From a virus, in IMG/VR virus record IMGVR_UViG_3300044825_000698, positions 1 through 64,000 of that record: a stretch of 64,000 bases of DNA. One strand, 5' to 3'. The position numbers and the translations under genes are program-made. Position 1 is the first letter of the stretch; each line of letters starts with the position of its first letter. Below, one piece after another: positions 47,084-57,038 of this stretch. The notes under the pieces are model-generated. The model did no database searches and had not been told where the DNA came from. It saw nothing but the letters and a program-made list of their open reading frames with translations.

Positions 47084-47348
47084 AACTGCACTTCCCCGTT
47101 ACGTGGCGTGCGATAGTGCTTGAACTAATCGGATGCCCATTCTTCTTAAGAACGTCAGCCAACCATGTATACGAGTACACACGTGCTCTACCTTCTCCTG
47201 TGTCTGTCTTTACACGTTCAAGAGCGTTCTCGACGGCTGTGCGTTCCTCATCGGAGAGCGCCGCAAGTAGGCGAGTGAAAGCGCAGATCATCTTCACGTT
47301 TGATGGCTCGCGTGACAGGAGATCGGCTACTAGGCCGTGTTCAGACAT
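47076..47348 (-). CDS. small HTH-like protein
   Basis: WLADVLKKNGHPISSSTIARH..GKCSC. Confidence 0.6.
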   Translation of the reverse strand: MSEHGLVADLLSREPSNVKMICAFTRLLAALSDEERTAVENALERVKTDTGEGRARVYSYTWLADVLKKNGHPISSSTIARHVTGKCSCE

Positions 47349-47373
47349 GCGAAACTCCTAATTGTGATGGCGG

Positions 47374-47535
47374 TTATGCGGCGGTTACGCTCCGACCATT
47401 ATAGGGTTTCTTGACGGGGTTGGCAAGCACTGTCAATGACTGTATTACTTGCATGAGATTGCGCTCTTCATCGGTGCCACGTGGGGCAACTCGGGAAAGA
47501 AAATACAGGGCTACCTGTGCCTCTGATGGTGACAT
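47374..47535 (-). CDS. small hypothetical protein (not in ORF track)
   Basis: AGGAGG RBS then MSPSEAQVALYFLSRVAPRG... Confidence 0.55.
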   Translation of the reverse strand: MSPSEAQVALYFLSRVAPRGTDEERNLMQVIQSLTVLANPVKKPYNGRSVTAA

Positions 47536-47598
47536 CGTGTCCTCCTATTGTTTCACGGAACACGACTTTACCAAAGGTGTCAAGTACCTCGATACATC

Positions 47599-48363
47599 TC
47601 ACTTAGGCTTACGTTGACGCAGTGGGATGTCTGCTTCCGTCTTAGGACGAGCCGGTGTACGTGTTTTACGAAGATTCTTAAGACTTTCCTTTACGTACTG
47701 TGCGGCACCCTTCTCTTTGAACGGTTTGGGCTTTAGTCCCATGCTACGAGATATCTCACCGGCTTCTACTCCTATTGCTTCCTGAAGCCCAGGAGTAATA
47801 CGGACACGGCGACGACCGGACTCTTCTGATACACCAAGGTCTTCAACAGTTGGGTTATACCCCTCACGACCTTTCCACTGATCCTTGTTCAGATAATCAG
47901 GAATCGGGATGTCCCCTTCGTAACCTTTCTTACCGAGGTTACCAATAGCCGCTTGTTTCCCCTGTACGCCGATGTGCATCGCCGCCTCAAGACCCTCTGG
48001 TGTGCGGGGAGTAGCAACAGACGTATCCATCTGGACGACCCCTGTGTCCGGGTCGAGCCACCCGCCCATAATCATGGAAGCGCCTTTGGTTCCTAGAATC
48101 TTACGATTCTTCTCGTTGAACTCACGCATCTGGTCTGCGGCGGAACGGCCCTCAGTTAATGATACCTCTGCGGCACGCCCGCCCTCGGGGGCAAACCCTG
48201 TAGAGAACACATCACGAGCGGGACGGCCAACTCCGGGACCCGAGGTACGGATACTAAAACCTTCCCCTGGTTTCGGAGCATTACGGGTAATTTCCCCTGG
48301 CTTATTAGGCTCATCAAATGTCAACTCACCGGGGTATCTAACTTTACGCCTACGTCTGTCCAC
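47599..48363 (-). CDS. hypothetical protein
   Basis: 254-aa ORF with GGAGGAG RBS. Confidence 0.65.
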   Translation of the reverse strand: MDRRRRKVRYPGELTFDEPNKPGEITRNAPKPGEGFSIRTSGPGVGRPARDVFSTGFAPEGGRAAEVSLTEGRSAADQMREFNEKNRKILGTKGASMIMGGWLDPDTGVVQMDTSVATPRTPEGLEAAMHIGVQGKQAAIGNLGKKGYEGDIPIPDYLNKDQWKGREGYNPTVEDLGVSEESGRRRVRITPGLQEAIGVEAGEISRSMGLKPKPFKEKGAAQYVKESLKNLRKTRTPARPKTEADIPLRQRKPK

Positions 48364-48401
48364 GGTTGCTCCTCCAGATGTACCTTGGTATAGTACCAGA
48401 C

Positions 48402-48563
48402 ATGAGTATTAATATGAGTGACGAAGACTTTGCGGCAGTATACGAGGCCGTGCAATTCTTTAATGAAATGGGAGAAGATTCAGATATAAACTATTCTCTG
48501 GATCTACTGGAAATTGCCCAAGAGATTCTTGATAAGTACGTCAGTCAAATAAATCCCAGTTGA
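48402..48563 (+). CDS. small acidic counter-oriented protein, likely leaderless
   Basis: TATAGT at 48389-48394, ATG 7 nt later. Confidence 0.45.
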   Translation: MSINMSDEDFAAVYEAVQFFNEMGEDSDINYSLDLLEIAQEILDKYVSQINPS

Positions 48564-49407
48564 GATGGCTTAACCGTCCCATGTCTACTGGTTTTCCAGT
48601 ACTGGTCATGTATGGTTCACCTTTACGTGGGATTCCCACTTTCCTTTGGCCACCCTTTGCCGTAGGCCGACTCATTTCAATATCTTTACCAGCCAACCAA
48701 AGGGCGGCTTGAGCCTGATTTCCTACGTGCAGACCTCGGACACCACGCCCTGCCAAAGTTGAGTACACATCGGCCATCCGTTCAAAACGGCTTGAGCCTT
48801 GTTTGTATGGGTGTGAAGATCCTTTAACTAGGTCGGCACTTGTTATCCCACGAGGGTAACTTCGTGATGGTCGCATTTCGTTAGCGATCATGTCGTAGGC
48901 CCGAAAGTCCACGGTAACCTCAGGACCCTCAGGATCTAAGATATTACGGAAGAATGAGTTTGTCTTAGGGTTTGTACGGCGGTTAAGAACTTCTTCTGGG
49001 TCTGCTCCACGATGCATTTGTAATGCTCGTCCAATGTTCCTGTCTGTCGAAACACTAAGACCCGGATAGTGCTCCTTTAGTAGATTCTTTACTTCACTAC
49101 TACGACTATTGCGTAAAGAACTTCTTTGAATCATCTGCTCGTGTTCTGGTGTTAAACGCAATAAATCATGAAAAGCAGACTTATTCTGTTCCCACTCTGT
49201 TCCAGCAGATAAGGCAGATATTACCCCAGCGGCACTACGTGTGGATGTTCCAAACTCTCTACCGGCCTGACGGGTTATGTCATGAGCCTGCGGATACCAG
49301 TTCTTACCCGCTTCTATATGATGTTCAGGGATTGTTTCAGCAAAGTTAGACATACGTCTTACGATTGCCGCCATTTGACGTTGGTTAAAGATATCAAAAC
49401 CAGCCAT
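48541..49407 (-). CDS. conserved phage protein with weak HhH-glycosylase-like features
   Basis: GKNWY..AH, AAGVISALS, KT.SF..NI, VTVD, QAQA..W. Confidence 0.45.
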   Translation of the reverse strand: MAGFDIFNQRQMAAIVRRMSNFAETIPEHHIEAGKNWYPQAHDITRQAGREFGTSTRSAAGVISALSAGTEWEQNKSAFHDLLRLTPEHEQMIQRSSLRNSRSSEVKNLLKEHYPGLSVSTDRNIGRALQMHRGADPEEVLNRRTNPKTNSFFRNILDPEGPEVTVDFRAYDMIANEMRPSRSYPRGITSADLVKGSSHPYKQGSSRFERMADVYSTLAGRGVRGLHVGNQAQAALWLAGKDIEMSRPTAKGGQRKVGIPRKGEPYMTSTGKPVDMGRLSHLNWDLFD

Positions 49408-49604
49408 TATTTATCTCCCCGACACGAGCGGATGGAACCATAAAAACTGCACCGACGGCACTTGGTGCACCCACACCCGGATGAGTACACAGGCGCAATA
49501 GGTAGGTCCTCAGACGTGGTTAAAGCAGAGGGTGAGGCAACCTCTGTTACCCCACCCTCCGCACCAGTGGCGACACCTGGACTAATGCCAGGCCCCATTA
49601 TCAA
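49407..49604 (-). CDS. small Cys-rich hypothetical protein
   Basis: CGCTKCRRC. Confidence 0.4.
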   Translation of the reverse strand: MIMGPGISPGVATGAEGGVTEVASPSALTTSEDLPIAPVYSSGCGCTKCRRCSFYGSIRSCRGDK

Positions 49605-50002
49605 CCGCTAACGCGAGCGGCGGCTGGACGGTTTGCACGACCGCCCGAGTTGTATGCGTACTCAAACGTAGGCATACCGTCGCCAGACATGGAACCCTGT
49701 ACGAAGTCCCCGAGCATGGCTGGAGCCTCGACCCAGGAAGCCGAGCCGACGTGGGCACGCTCCTGCATGGTCTGCTCTGGGTACTTGTAGAACATCTCTG
49801 GGTTATTGTGGTTCATACGCGCCTGTGATGGAGCGGTGTCGGCGTAAGCGCCCTGGCCGAAGTCACGAGGAACATCGGTGTCAGTGGCTACGCCTTCCAT
49901 GAAGCGCTTTGGACCACGGTTCATTGGGATGCTCGATGCCATAGAGCGCTCAAATACGGGAGTGCCCTTCTCTGGGAACATCGGGTTGGGAGCAACATTC
50001 AT
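49601..50002 (-). CDS. hypothetical protein
   Basis: 133-aa ORF with AGGAGG RBS. Confidence 0.65.
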   Translation of the reverse strand: MNVAPNPMFPEKGTPVFERSMASSIPMNRGPKRFMEGVATDTDVPRDFGQGAYADTAPSQARMNHNNPEMFYKYPEQTMQERAHVGSASWVEAPAMLGDFVQGSMSGDGMPTFEYAYNSGGRANRPAAARVSG

Positions 50003-50062
50003 AAATTAATCCTCCTGAAGGAGTTTCCGGTAGATAAAGATTACCACTTTTTGTAGACCGTA

Positions 50063-51616
50063 TCAGAAGAACGGGTTCTCTGATACTGAGATTACCGGCA
50101 TTGTATCCTGAACCGACATCGCACATGCGATGGCTAGACTGTCTGGGTAGTCGTCGAAAGCGCCCCGCTCCTCTGGTGCGGCGGCTAGAAGGTATGGTCC
50201 TCTGTACACCTTCTCCAGGTCGGACATTTGCTGGTTAAAACGCTTCCACGGACGGGTACGGCGAGCCTTGGAGTGACCAGGAACAATCAACTGGTCACGC
50301 TGGATGAGTTCCGTCAGATGTACCCAGCGTTCATTCTGGGCCTTAGCGTCAGACGACACTGGTAGAACCTCTACCTGGGGCAGGAGGATCTGTAGACGTT
50401 CGGCTACAGCGCCTCCAACACCTTGCGAATCCACACCAATACGTAGTACATCATAATTGCGGATAAAATCAATGATCTCAAAGTACTGTTGCTCCCACTC
50501 TTGGTTATTGATTTCCAGCCAGTTAAGAACTCGGTGTTCGTAAAAACCGAAGCCGTCAGGGTGGTCCCAGTCGACCCACACGACAGTGGCCACGGTTGAG
50601 TCATTAGACCGGGCTACGTCGATACCAATGACAACTGGGGTCCGCCACCACTGTTTGATAAGGGCCATAGATGGGTCGTACATCCGCTCCAGGCGTTCCT
50701 CGGTAACGAACATTCCCTTCTCTAAGATCCACTTATTACAATAAGACATCATGAACTCGTCTGAGTCCTCGCCAATACGTACCTTCTCTTTGGCGATGAA
50801 CTTGGCGTAGTTCTCATTGTACTTGGCGGCTGTGCGCCAGTCGTATTCAAAATGAGCCTGACGGTGGCCCCTCTTGTGGTTTACGTCCCGGCGCTTGTTG
50901 TACTGGATCATCTTGTAGAAATAGGATTTATTCCTAGTTGCCGTACCAGTAAGGGCAATCGATCCGTTGTTGAACGCCAACATGGGCTTGATCGACTTGG
51001 TGATCATGAACTCGTCAGCCTCTTGGGCCTCGTCTACTAGAACGAAGTGATAGGTCTTGGACTCGATCTTGGCCTTGGGGTTACAAGTCTGCATACGACA
51101 CAGAGAACCGGAGTGTTTTAGGGTGATTATTCGACCCTTACCACGGGCACCACCAGAGGTGGCCTTGTCATCGATTTCAGGGTCCAGCAAGAAGTCCATG
51201 GCATGGTCGCTGGTCAACTTGGTGACGATACGGCTAAATACCGTGTCGGCTTGGTCTTCGACAGGGGCGAATACACCGCACCAGAAGCCCTTCTCAAACT
51301 TGCCCAACCAGGTTGGATACACCTTGGCCAACTTAGGAAGGATGACCATCATGGAGGCCATGACATTAGACAGAACTTCGGACTTACCCGACTGTCGGGT
51401 CGCCACGAGAGTTACCTCTTCACCATCGCCTAGAACAATCGACTCGATCAACCGATAGGCGATGGGCAACTGGTACGGGAACAGGGTTACGTCACAGAAC
51501 TCTTCCGTAAACAGTATGAGTTTCTTAACAAGAGCATCAACAAACTCTGCTGATGTTTCGTCCAGTTCCTCAACCTGGTCTTCTGGAAGAAGTTCTTCGT
51601 CTAGAAGATCATCCAT
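50063..51616 (-). CDS. terL: terminase large subunit
   Basis: LFPYQ, ATRQSGKS, LVDEAQ, LTGT, IGIDVAR..DST, DD.PDSLA. Confidence 0.95.
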   Translation of the reverse strand: MDDLLDEELLPEDQVEELDETSAEFVDALVKKLILFTEEFCDVTLFPYQLPIAYRLIESIVLGDGEEVTLVATRQSGKSEVLSNVMASMMVILPKLAKVYPTWLGKFEKGFWCGVFAPVEDQADTVFSRIVTKLTSDHAMDFLLDPEIDDKATSGGARGKGRIITLKHSGSLCRMQTCNPKAKIESKTYHFVLVDEAQEADEFMITKSIKPMLAFNNGSIALTGTATRNKSYFYKMIQYNKRRDVNHKRGHRQAHFEYDWRTAAKYNENYAKFIAKEKVRIGEDSDEFMMSYCNKWILEKGMFVTEERLERMYDPSMALIKQWWRTPVVIGIDVARSNDSTVATVVWVDWDHPDGFGFYEHRVLNWLEINNQEWEQQYFEIIDFIRNYDVLRIGVDSQGVGGAVAERLQILLPQVEVLPVSSDAKAQNERWVHLTELIQRDQLIVPGHSKARRTRPWKRFNQQMSDLEKVYRGPYLLAAAPEERGAFDDYPDSLAIACAMSVQDTMPVISVSENPFF

Positions 51617-51855
51617 TAGACCTTCTTACGTTCCCGAATCTCCGTTAGGAGGGCTTGTAGGGCATCTACGTGCTGGACCACTTCTTCGATAGGTGCATCG
51701 TGGTAACGCCATTGATCAAACGACGCCCCGAGACCCATAAGAGTATTGTCAAACCAGGACAACAAGGTTTGGTATTCCGTATTGGCCAGACGGGCTAAAC
51801 GCCTGTCTAGTTCCTGTGTTGGACCTTCTTTACGCTGAAACAACTTCATCGCCAA
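51616..51855 (-). CDS. hypothetical protein
   Basis: 79-aa ORF coupled to terL. Confidence 0.6.
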   Translation of the reverse strand: MAMKLFQRKEGPTQELDRRLARLANTEYQTLLSWFDNTLMGLGASFDQWRYHDAPIEEVVQHVDALQALLTEIRERKKV

Positions 51856-52115
51856 TCTCCAATATCGGATGGTGTCATTTCTAGAAATCTACCATTGACC
51901 GCTACAAGCATCCCTTGTTCCTCGTCAGCGGCTTTGTTATTACGGGCCAACCCAATCTGGAAAGAATACTTACCTATACGCAAATGAAGTCCACGACCGG
52001 TCTTCCATGGCGGAGCGGTTTGGCGCATGAATCCTAAACCGACTACCTTGTCGCCCTTCTTGGCGTTATCCCTTGTGATCCAGTAAAGAGGCCCGATGTA
52101 ATACAACCGATTCAT
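51846..52115 (-). CDS. hypothetical protein
   Basis: 89-aa ORF. Confidence 0.55.
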   Translation of the reverse strand: MNRLYYIGPLYWITRDNAKKGDKVVGLGFMRQTAPPWKTGRGLHLRIGKYSFQIGLARNNKAADEEQGMLVAVNGRFLEMTPSDIGDWR

Positions 52116-52118
52116 ATC

Positions 52119-52670
52119 TTAAATACCAACTCCAGCAGGCACCGACGCTACTGCGCCGTGTCCATATTGTTCCAAATACCGAACTGACTTTCCTTTGGAT
52201 ACTGAGTTACGGAAGTTGCGATACTCAGCCAAGGGGATAGGGGTGTAAATACCGTAACGCCACAGGGAGTTGTTCTTGATGAACCGCACATAAATTAATC
52301 CGGTGATATTGAAATCCATGAACTGACGCTGGCTAAGAGTTCCAGACTCAGTGGCTTCTGAAATCTTGCTAATGATATCCGGGTCATCTGGAACAAACTG
52401 ATGTGCTGATACACGAGTACTGCGGTTTGGACCCTGGTAATACTCCTGGGCTATATCTAGAACGTACGGTTCAAAGTCCGGGATACCTAGAAGTAGAGAA
52501 CGTCGTCCGGTAGCCCCGTAGGGGTTTTCTTCACTAGGGAGTTCTCGTCCCTGCGCCGGTCGAGAATAGAACTCATCAATATCGGCGGTTATCTCGTCTA
52601 GGCGAGTACCGAGAGCATTGGGCCTACGATCACGTCGTGGGTACTGTGGGTAATCTTTGTAACTCGCCAT
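52119..52670 (-). CDS. KTSC-like domain protein
   Basis: IYVRF....WRY.....EY..FRNS.SKGK. Confidence 0.55.
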   Translation of the reverse strand: MASYKDYPQYPRRDRRPNALGTRLDEITADIDEFYSRPAQGRELPSEENPYGATGRRSLLLGIPDFEPYVLDIAQEYYQGPNRSTRVSAHQFVPDDPDIISKISEATESGTLSQRQFMDFNITGLIYVRFIKNNSLWRYGIYTPIPLAEYRNFRNSVSKGKSVRYLEQYGHGAVASVPAGVGI

Positions 52671-52723
52671 ACAACTTCTCCGGTGTTAGATCCCAATAGT
52701 ATCATTCACCTATCGGTTGTATT

Positions 52724-53767
52724 CTATAAATTGTTAAGCATCCACTGGAGATTGTTGGTCAAACGCTCGTCGCTGTTCCTAGCAATGGCTTGTTCGACGT
52801 ATGTGATGGCCAGGTCCTTAACCCCGGTATGCCAAGCCGCAAGTGACCCAATATCGTATAGGTATGACCCCCACGCCTCTGGCTCACTGAGGTAATCGGT
52901 GGCTTTGTCGGTGATGCTGAGGGCACGAGTTACTGCGGCCAGACATTCAGTCCACTGCTCTGTGCGGTAATAGTGGGACGCCAAGTCGACCCATGGTTCT
53001 CTGCGCCCTGGATCTTCTGCGGTGGCCCGTAGTAACCAGGTCTCAGCCTCGTGGGGCAGGCACTTGGCTAGATACCTCATGCTCTTGGCCCGTTCTGGTT
53101 TCCATACCGCTGAGGGCATGGCCAGATGACGTTTGAACTCCGTAGCCGCCTTATCCAATTGATCATTAAAGAAGTATTCCCTGGCCAAGTAATGGGCCGT
53201 GCGGTCACAGTCAGGGGACTCCTTGGCCGCAAGTTCTAATAGTGGGAAGTACTGACTACGTGGTTTGGAGTTATCCGGATGATGGTGGATCTCCAGGCCG
53301 CACCAACCCTGAACTTCCTTAATAGTGGGAGTCAGAGTCTCATGAACTGGGTGCTTCCAGCGATACCCAAATCGGGAGTGGATCTTGTCTCCGCCGTAGG
53401 TAAGTCCAGGTGAACCGTCTGGGTTCCATGACCAGATGTAGTTATAACGAGGCCGAGTGATACTCGGGTCTAATGCTTCTAAATGTTCGCGCCATCCCGG
53501 TTGTAGCACCTCGTCAGCGTCTAGTGCGATGCACATATCAATGTCGTCTGGGACAAGCGCCAGGGAGGCATTACGGGCATCGTCGAAACGCCACGGTCGC
53601 ACGGTTATGAACGCAACTTCACATCCACTTTCCATGGCCACGCTGGTGGTGTTGTCGGTGGACCCAGTATCTACAACAAGGCGATAGTCAGCGTCGGCAC
53701 ATGAATCAGCCCATCGTTTGATGAACTGTTCTTCGTTCTTAGTAATCGTATAGACGGCTATACGCAT
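52724..53767 (-). CDS. glycosyltransferase family 2 with TPR repeats
   Basis: ITKNEE, VVDTGSTDNT, WRFDDARN, LDADE, VHE, TPR-like C-terminus. Confidence 0.9.
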   Translation of the reverse strand: MRIAVYTITKNEEQFIKRWADSCADADYRLVVDTGSTDNTTSVAMESGCEVAFITVRPWRFDDARNASLALVPDDIDMCIALDADEVLQPGWREHLEALDPSITRPRYNYIWSWNPDGSPGLTYGGDKIHSRFGYRWKHPVHETLTPTIKEVQGWCGLEIHHHPDNSKPRSQYFPLLELAAKESPDCDRTAHYLAREYFFNDQLDKAATEFKRHLAMPSAVWKPERAKSMRYLAKCLPHEAETWLLRATAEDPGRREPWVDLASHYYRTEQWTECLAAVTRALSITDKATDYLSEPEAWGSYLYDIGSLAAWHTGVKDLAITYVEQAIARNSDERLTNNLQWMLNNL

Positions 53768-54402
53768 TACTTAAAGGGTGGGCCGCTGATCCAGGCTACT
53801 AGGGAGTAACGGGTACCTTGCGTTACAGGCTTGACTCGATGCATCGTGTATGACGGGAAAAACACCGTCATTCCACGGTCCTTCTTTACCTTTTGTGGAA
53901 CCCGTCCGAACATCATTTCAAAATCTCCGCCTTTGTAGTCCTTAGGATCAGACAATTGAACGGATACGGATAATTTACGAGTAGCGGTAAGAAACCCACG
54001 GTCAACGTGCCAGTCATAATGTTGGCCCGGTGCAACATAACGTGTGAACTGGATACCTTGTTCCATACCTGTGAGATCAAATTTAAAGAATTGAGAGTTA
54101 ATCTCGTTAATGGCACCAGCCATGCGAGCAAATATCCAGTTAGTAACTTCGTTAGGATACAAGAAATTAACGTATGAATTGCGGGTTTTGTCGGACTGCT
54201 CACCATAGGTATTGGCTTTTAGTAGTTCTGTACTATTACCAATTTCTATAATTGTGTCCAATTCTTCTGGCGTAAATACGCCAGTACGCCATGCCCAATT
54301 CTCTACATGGTCCAGTTGTAGTGGCCATGCCCCGCCACCTCGGGTGGGGTCTGGGCGTTCGGGCAGGTCAAGTTTGATTTTTGGTTTAATCGAGCGGGCC
54401 AT
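53767..54402 (-). CDS. 2OG-Fe(II) oxygenase (prolyl 4-hydroxylase-like)
   Basis: QFTRY..GQHYDWHVD, RKLS, Y.GG, FPSY..HRV.PVT.GTRYSLV.W. Confidence 0.92.
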   Translation of the reverse strand: MARSIKPKIKLDLPERPDPTRGGGAWPLQLDHVENWAWRTGVFTPEELDTIIEIGNSTELLKANTYGEQSDKTRNSYVNFLYPNEVTNWIFARMAGAINEINSQFFKFDLTGMEQGIQFTRYVAPGQHYDWHVDRGFLTATRKLSVSVQLSDPKDYKGGDFEMMFGRVPQKVKKDRGMTVFFPSYTMHRVKPVTQGTRYSLVAWISGPPFK

Positions 54403-54991
54403 TAAACTTCTCCGGGACGAAGTGGAAGAACACTAGATCTGCTGATCCATCACTTTTGGTAGGACGGTAGTGCCACGCATTAGTGCCAGAGTAACAGACA
54501 GCGTCGTTTGGACGCAAGTTACACACGGTCCAATCAACGGAGTCAATAATCGATTGCCGTTCCTCATCTAGAGGAAACGTATTACTAACACTTTTAACTT
54601 CTTTATCAGACATTTGAGGACCAATCGCAATTGGCCATGGGTCTGGTTGTTCTTGACGTATTAGATAGTCAATTGTGTACCGACACTGTGGGCGGTCAAT
54701 GTGGAGTGGGCATTGACCACCCTTGTCGTACATCGACAAGAAGTTGTATGACGGTTTAACCTTTTCACCGAATAACTCACTTGCGTAATCGGTCAATTGG
54801 TGGTGGATACTGACAAAGAATCCTAAATTGTGACCATACCTACGGCCAAACTTTATTGGGGTGTTTGACCTATCATTATCGGATGCAAGCGGTATTGTTG
54901 GTAACCAATTATCCATAAATTTGATAATTGTTTTATAAGTGTTTGAATCAAATAGATCATTTACAATTAGTGGTTTATTTTTGTATTGCAC
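54386..54991 (-). CDS. 2OG-Fe(II) oxygenase-like protein
   Basis: PSY...MY..G....HIDRP.C, DAVCYSG...WHYR, VFFHFV. Confidence 0.8.
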   Translation of the reverse strand: MQYKNKPLIVNDLFDSNTYKTIIKFMDNWLPTIPLASDNDRSNTPIKFGRRYGHNLGFFVSIHHQLTDYASELFGEKVKPSYNFLSMYDKGGQCPLHIDRPQCRYTIDYLIRQEQPDPWPIAIGPQMSDKEVKSVSNTFPLDEERQSIIDSVDWTVCNLRPNDAVCYSGTNAWHYRPTKSDGSADLVFFHFVPEKFNGPLD

Positions 54992-55014
54992 AATTGCTAC
55001 TCCTAATTTATGTG

Positions 55015-55248
55015 TTAACGGATTATTGCGTTGATTTCGTCCTCATCTAGACCAAGATTCATTAACTTATCACGTGCAGAAGACCTCTTAGCCGCTATTT
55101 CAGCAAACGAGTTTTCACGGGCGACACGATCAGCCTCAAACTGTACTAAATCGGCTTCTCGTTGAGCAACCTCTGCGGGTGTGGACATACGAGTTTCAGT
55201 ACGACCATCAGGGTAAGTGGTTGTGATCTCAAACGGCTCTATGGGCAT
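55015..55248 (-). CDS. small fibre-associated/chaperone-like protein
   Basis: R.ST..E...SARDKL..LGL.EDEI pattern following fibre genes. Confidence 0.55.
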   Translation of the reverse strand: MPIEPFEITTTYPDGRTETRMSTPAEVAQREADLVQFEADRVARENSFAEIAAKRSSARDKLMNLGLDEDEINAIIR

Positions 55249-55265
55249 TTTTTCTCCTGTTTTAA

Positions 55266-55811
55266 TTATTGGGTAAAAGCATAGACAGTTACTTCACCAG
55301 TAAATGAACCAGCGGAGGCGATCAATGTAATACCATCATATGCGGTTGACTGAGAGTGTGTTGACGCAAGATCTAGTACGGCACCACCTAAGTAGTCATC
55401 TGCCAATATTGATCTTAGAGCAGTTGGCTGTGCCAACCTAGGACCAAATACATACGCTGTAAATCCAGCACGCTGGGTGTTTCCACGGAAAGACATATCT
55501 GCATATGTAGTGGTAGTGCGTGAAGCACTTATAGCCGTCCCATCAGAAAATACGTATTGAGATACATACCCTGCATCGGTGGCATCACTGCCAGAATTTC
55601 TAAATCTATAACGAAATGTATAGTCGGCTGAAGTGGAGTGCCTACCCATAATCATGTAGTTGTTGTATGACGTAGTAAATACCCCATTTAAAGACAGTGT
55701 TGCACATGCTGTAAATGATACGCGACCAGATGTGCCGATAGATGCAGATGAACCAGTTCCTGTTTGCGTAATACTAGTAGGAGTAACAACTACAAGACCG
55801 TTATCAGGCAT
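55266..55811 (-). CDS. virion appendage protein, paralog 3
   Basis: GLVVVTPTS, SLNGVF.S.YNNY, SH..STAYDG.TL, G.V.VY. Confidence 0.65.
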   Translation of the reverse strand: MPDNGLVVVTPTSITQTGTGSSASIGTSGRVSFTACATLSLNGVFTTSYNNYMIMGRHSTSADYTFRYRFRNSGSDATDAGYVSQYVFSDGTAISASRTTTTYADMSFRGNTQRAGFTAYVFGPRLAQPTALRSILADDYLGGAVLDLASTHSQSTAYDGITLIASAGSFTGEVTVYAFTQ

Positions 55812-55812
55812 A

Positions 55813-56370
55813 TTAATTCCTTATACCATAAAAGGTAATTTGACCAGAAATGCTTCCGGCTTCCGTAAGTAGGCTAATCCCATCATAAGATACTGGTAGT
55901 TCATGCCTAGTAGCAGACTCCCATAGCACAGTTCCACCAGTAGTTCGGCAAACATTACTCGTCCTTGCAATAGTACGTTTAGTTGTAAAAGGGTTGTAGA
56001 TGTAACCTATGGTTCCTGAAGGAAGGCCCATTCCGTGTAACGTAAAATACCCGTATGTGTCATTCTCTATACGCTCTCCACCGACAACAGCACCATCTCC
56101 AGTAGTGGTGTTCCATGTGTACGATGCAGTGGAACTAGCATTACCATTAGCAAGAAGTCTAAAATAGGTTCTATTAGAACCAGTAGTACCACCTGAATAA
56201 CGCATAACAACCATGTAATTGTCGTAGGCCGAACTAAAGACGTTGTTAATATTTAAAGTAGATGCGCTAGTAAACGTAATAGATCCTGAAGAACTAATAG
56301 ATGAAGAAGAACCTGTTCCAAATGCAGTCACGCTAGCCGGAACTGCTATGTATAACCCATTAAGAGGCAT
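55813..56370 (-). CDS. virion appendage protein, paralog 2
   Basis: same domain as 55266..55811. Confidence 0.65.
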   Translation of the reverse strand: MPLNGLYIAVPASVTAFGTGSSSSISSSGSITFTSASTLNINNVFSSAYDNYMVVMRYSGGTTGSNRTYFRLLANGNASSTASYTWNTTTGDGAVVGGERIENDTYGYFTLHGMGLPSGTIGYIYNPFTTKRTIARTSNVCRTTGGTVLWESATRHELPVSYDGISLLTEAGSISGQITFYGIRN

Positions 56371-56372
56371 CT

Positions 56373-57038
56373 TTAACCTGCCATTCCATAAATTCTGACG
56401 TCACCAGTAAAAGCGTCATCGAATGACAAAGTAAAACCATCAAAAGATGATGATACGTTGTGTGTTCCTGCACCGTCTAATCGTCGCAATCTTCCTGTTG
56501 ATGTTCCATCATGACCCACTGAATCAATCGATCTAAAAGCAGTAGGTTGAGTCAAAAATGGACCATATAAATGAACCACAGTTCCGGTTGGGAAGTTTTC
56601 CTGCCTTGATCCAATATTAAAGTTACTCCAGGCGTTACCGGTTCCCCTACCAGCGTAACGATACGGACCATGCTCATCAAGGTATTGCGCTATGTAACTA
56701 CTAGCAGTCGTATTATCAGTTCCCGAAGCGCGAAGACGGAAATATATACCAAATACATTAAACGAAGCACCTCTGCCAGTAATCATTAACGTGTAGTTAA
56801 TGTAATTTGATGAAAAACAACCATTTACAGATATAGCAGTGCATGATGTCATGACGACATCGCCTGTGTTAGAAACAGTTGCTGAAGAACCAGTCCCGGC
56901 AGAGACAACCGACGTGGGAAATACAACAGCCAACCCCCCATTGGAGGGGAGATCTTCACCTGGAACCCAGGTACCATCCAGGATGCGTTTACGAACTTTA
57001 TTAGGGTTCCATCTACCTACTGTTGTCATGTCAACCAC
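56373..57038 (-). CDS. virion appendage protein, paralog 1 with N-terminal GxW motif
   Basis: same domain plus N-terminal extension. Confidence 0.65.
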   Translation of the reverse strand: MVDMTTVGRWNPNKVRKRILDGTWVPGEDLPSNGGLAVVFPTSVVSAGTGSSATVSNTGDVVMTSCTAISVNGCFSSNYINYTLMITGRGASFNVFGIYFRLRASGTDNTTASSYIAQYLDEHGPYRYAGRGTGNAWSNFNIGSRQENFPTGTVVHLYGPFLTQPTAFRSIDSVGHDGTSTGRLRRLDGAGTHNVSSSFDGFTLSFDDAFTGDVRIYGMAG

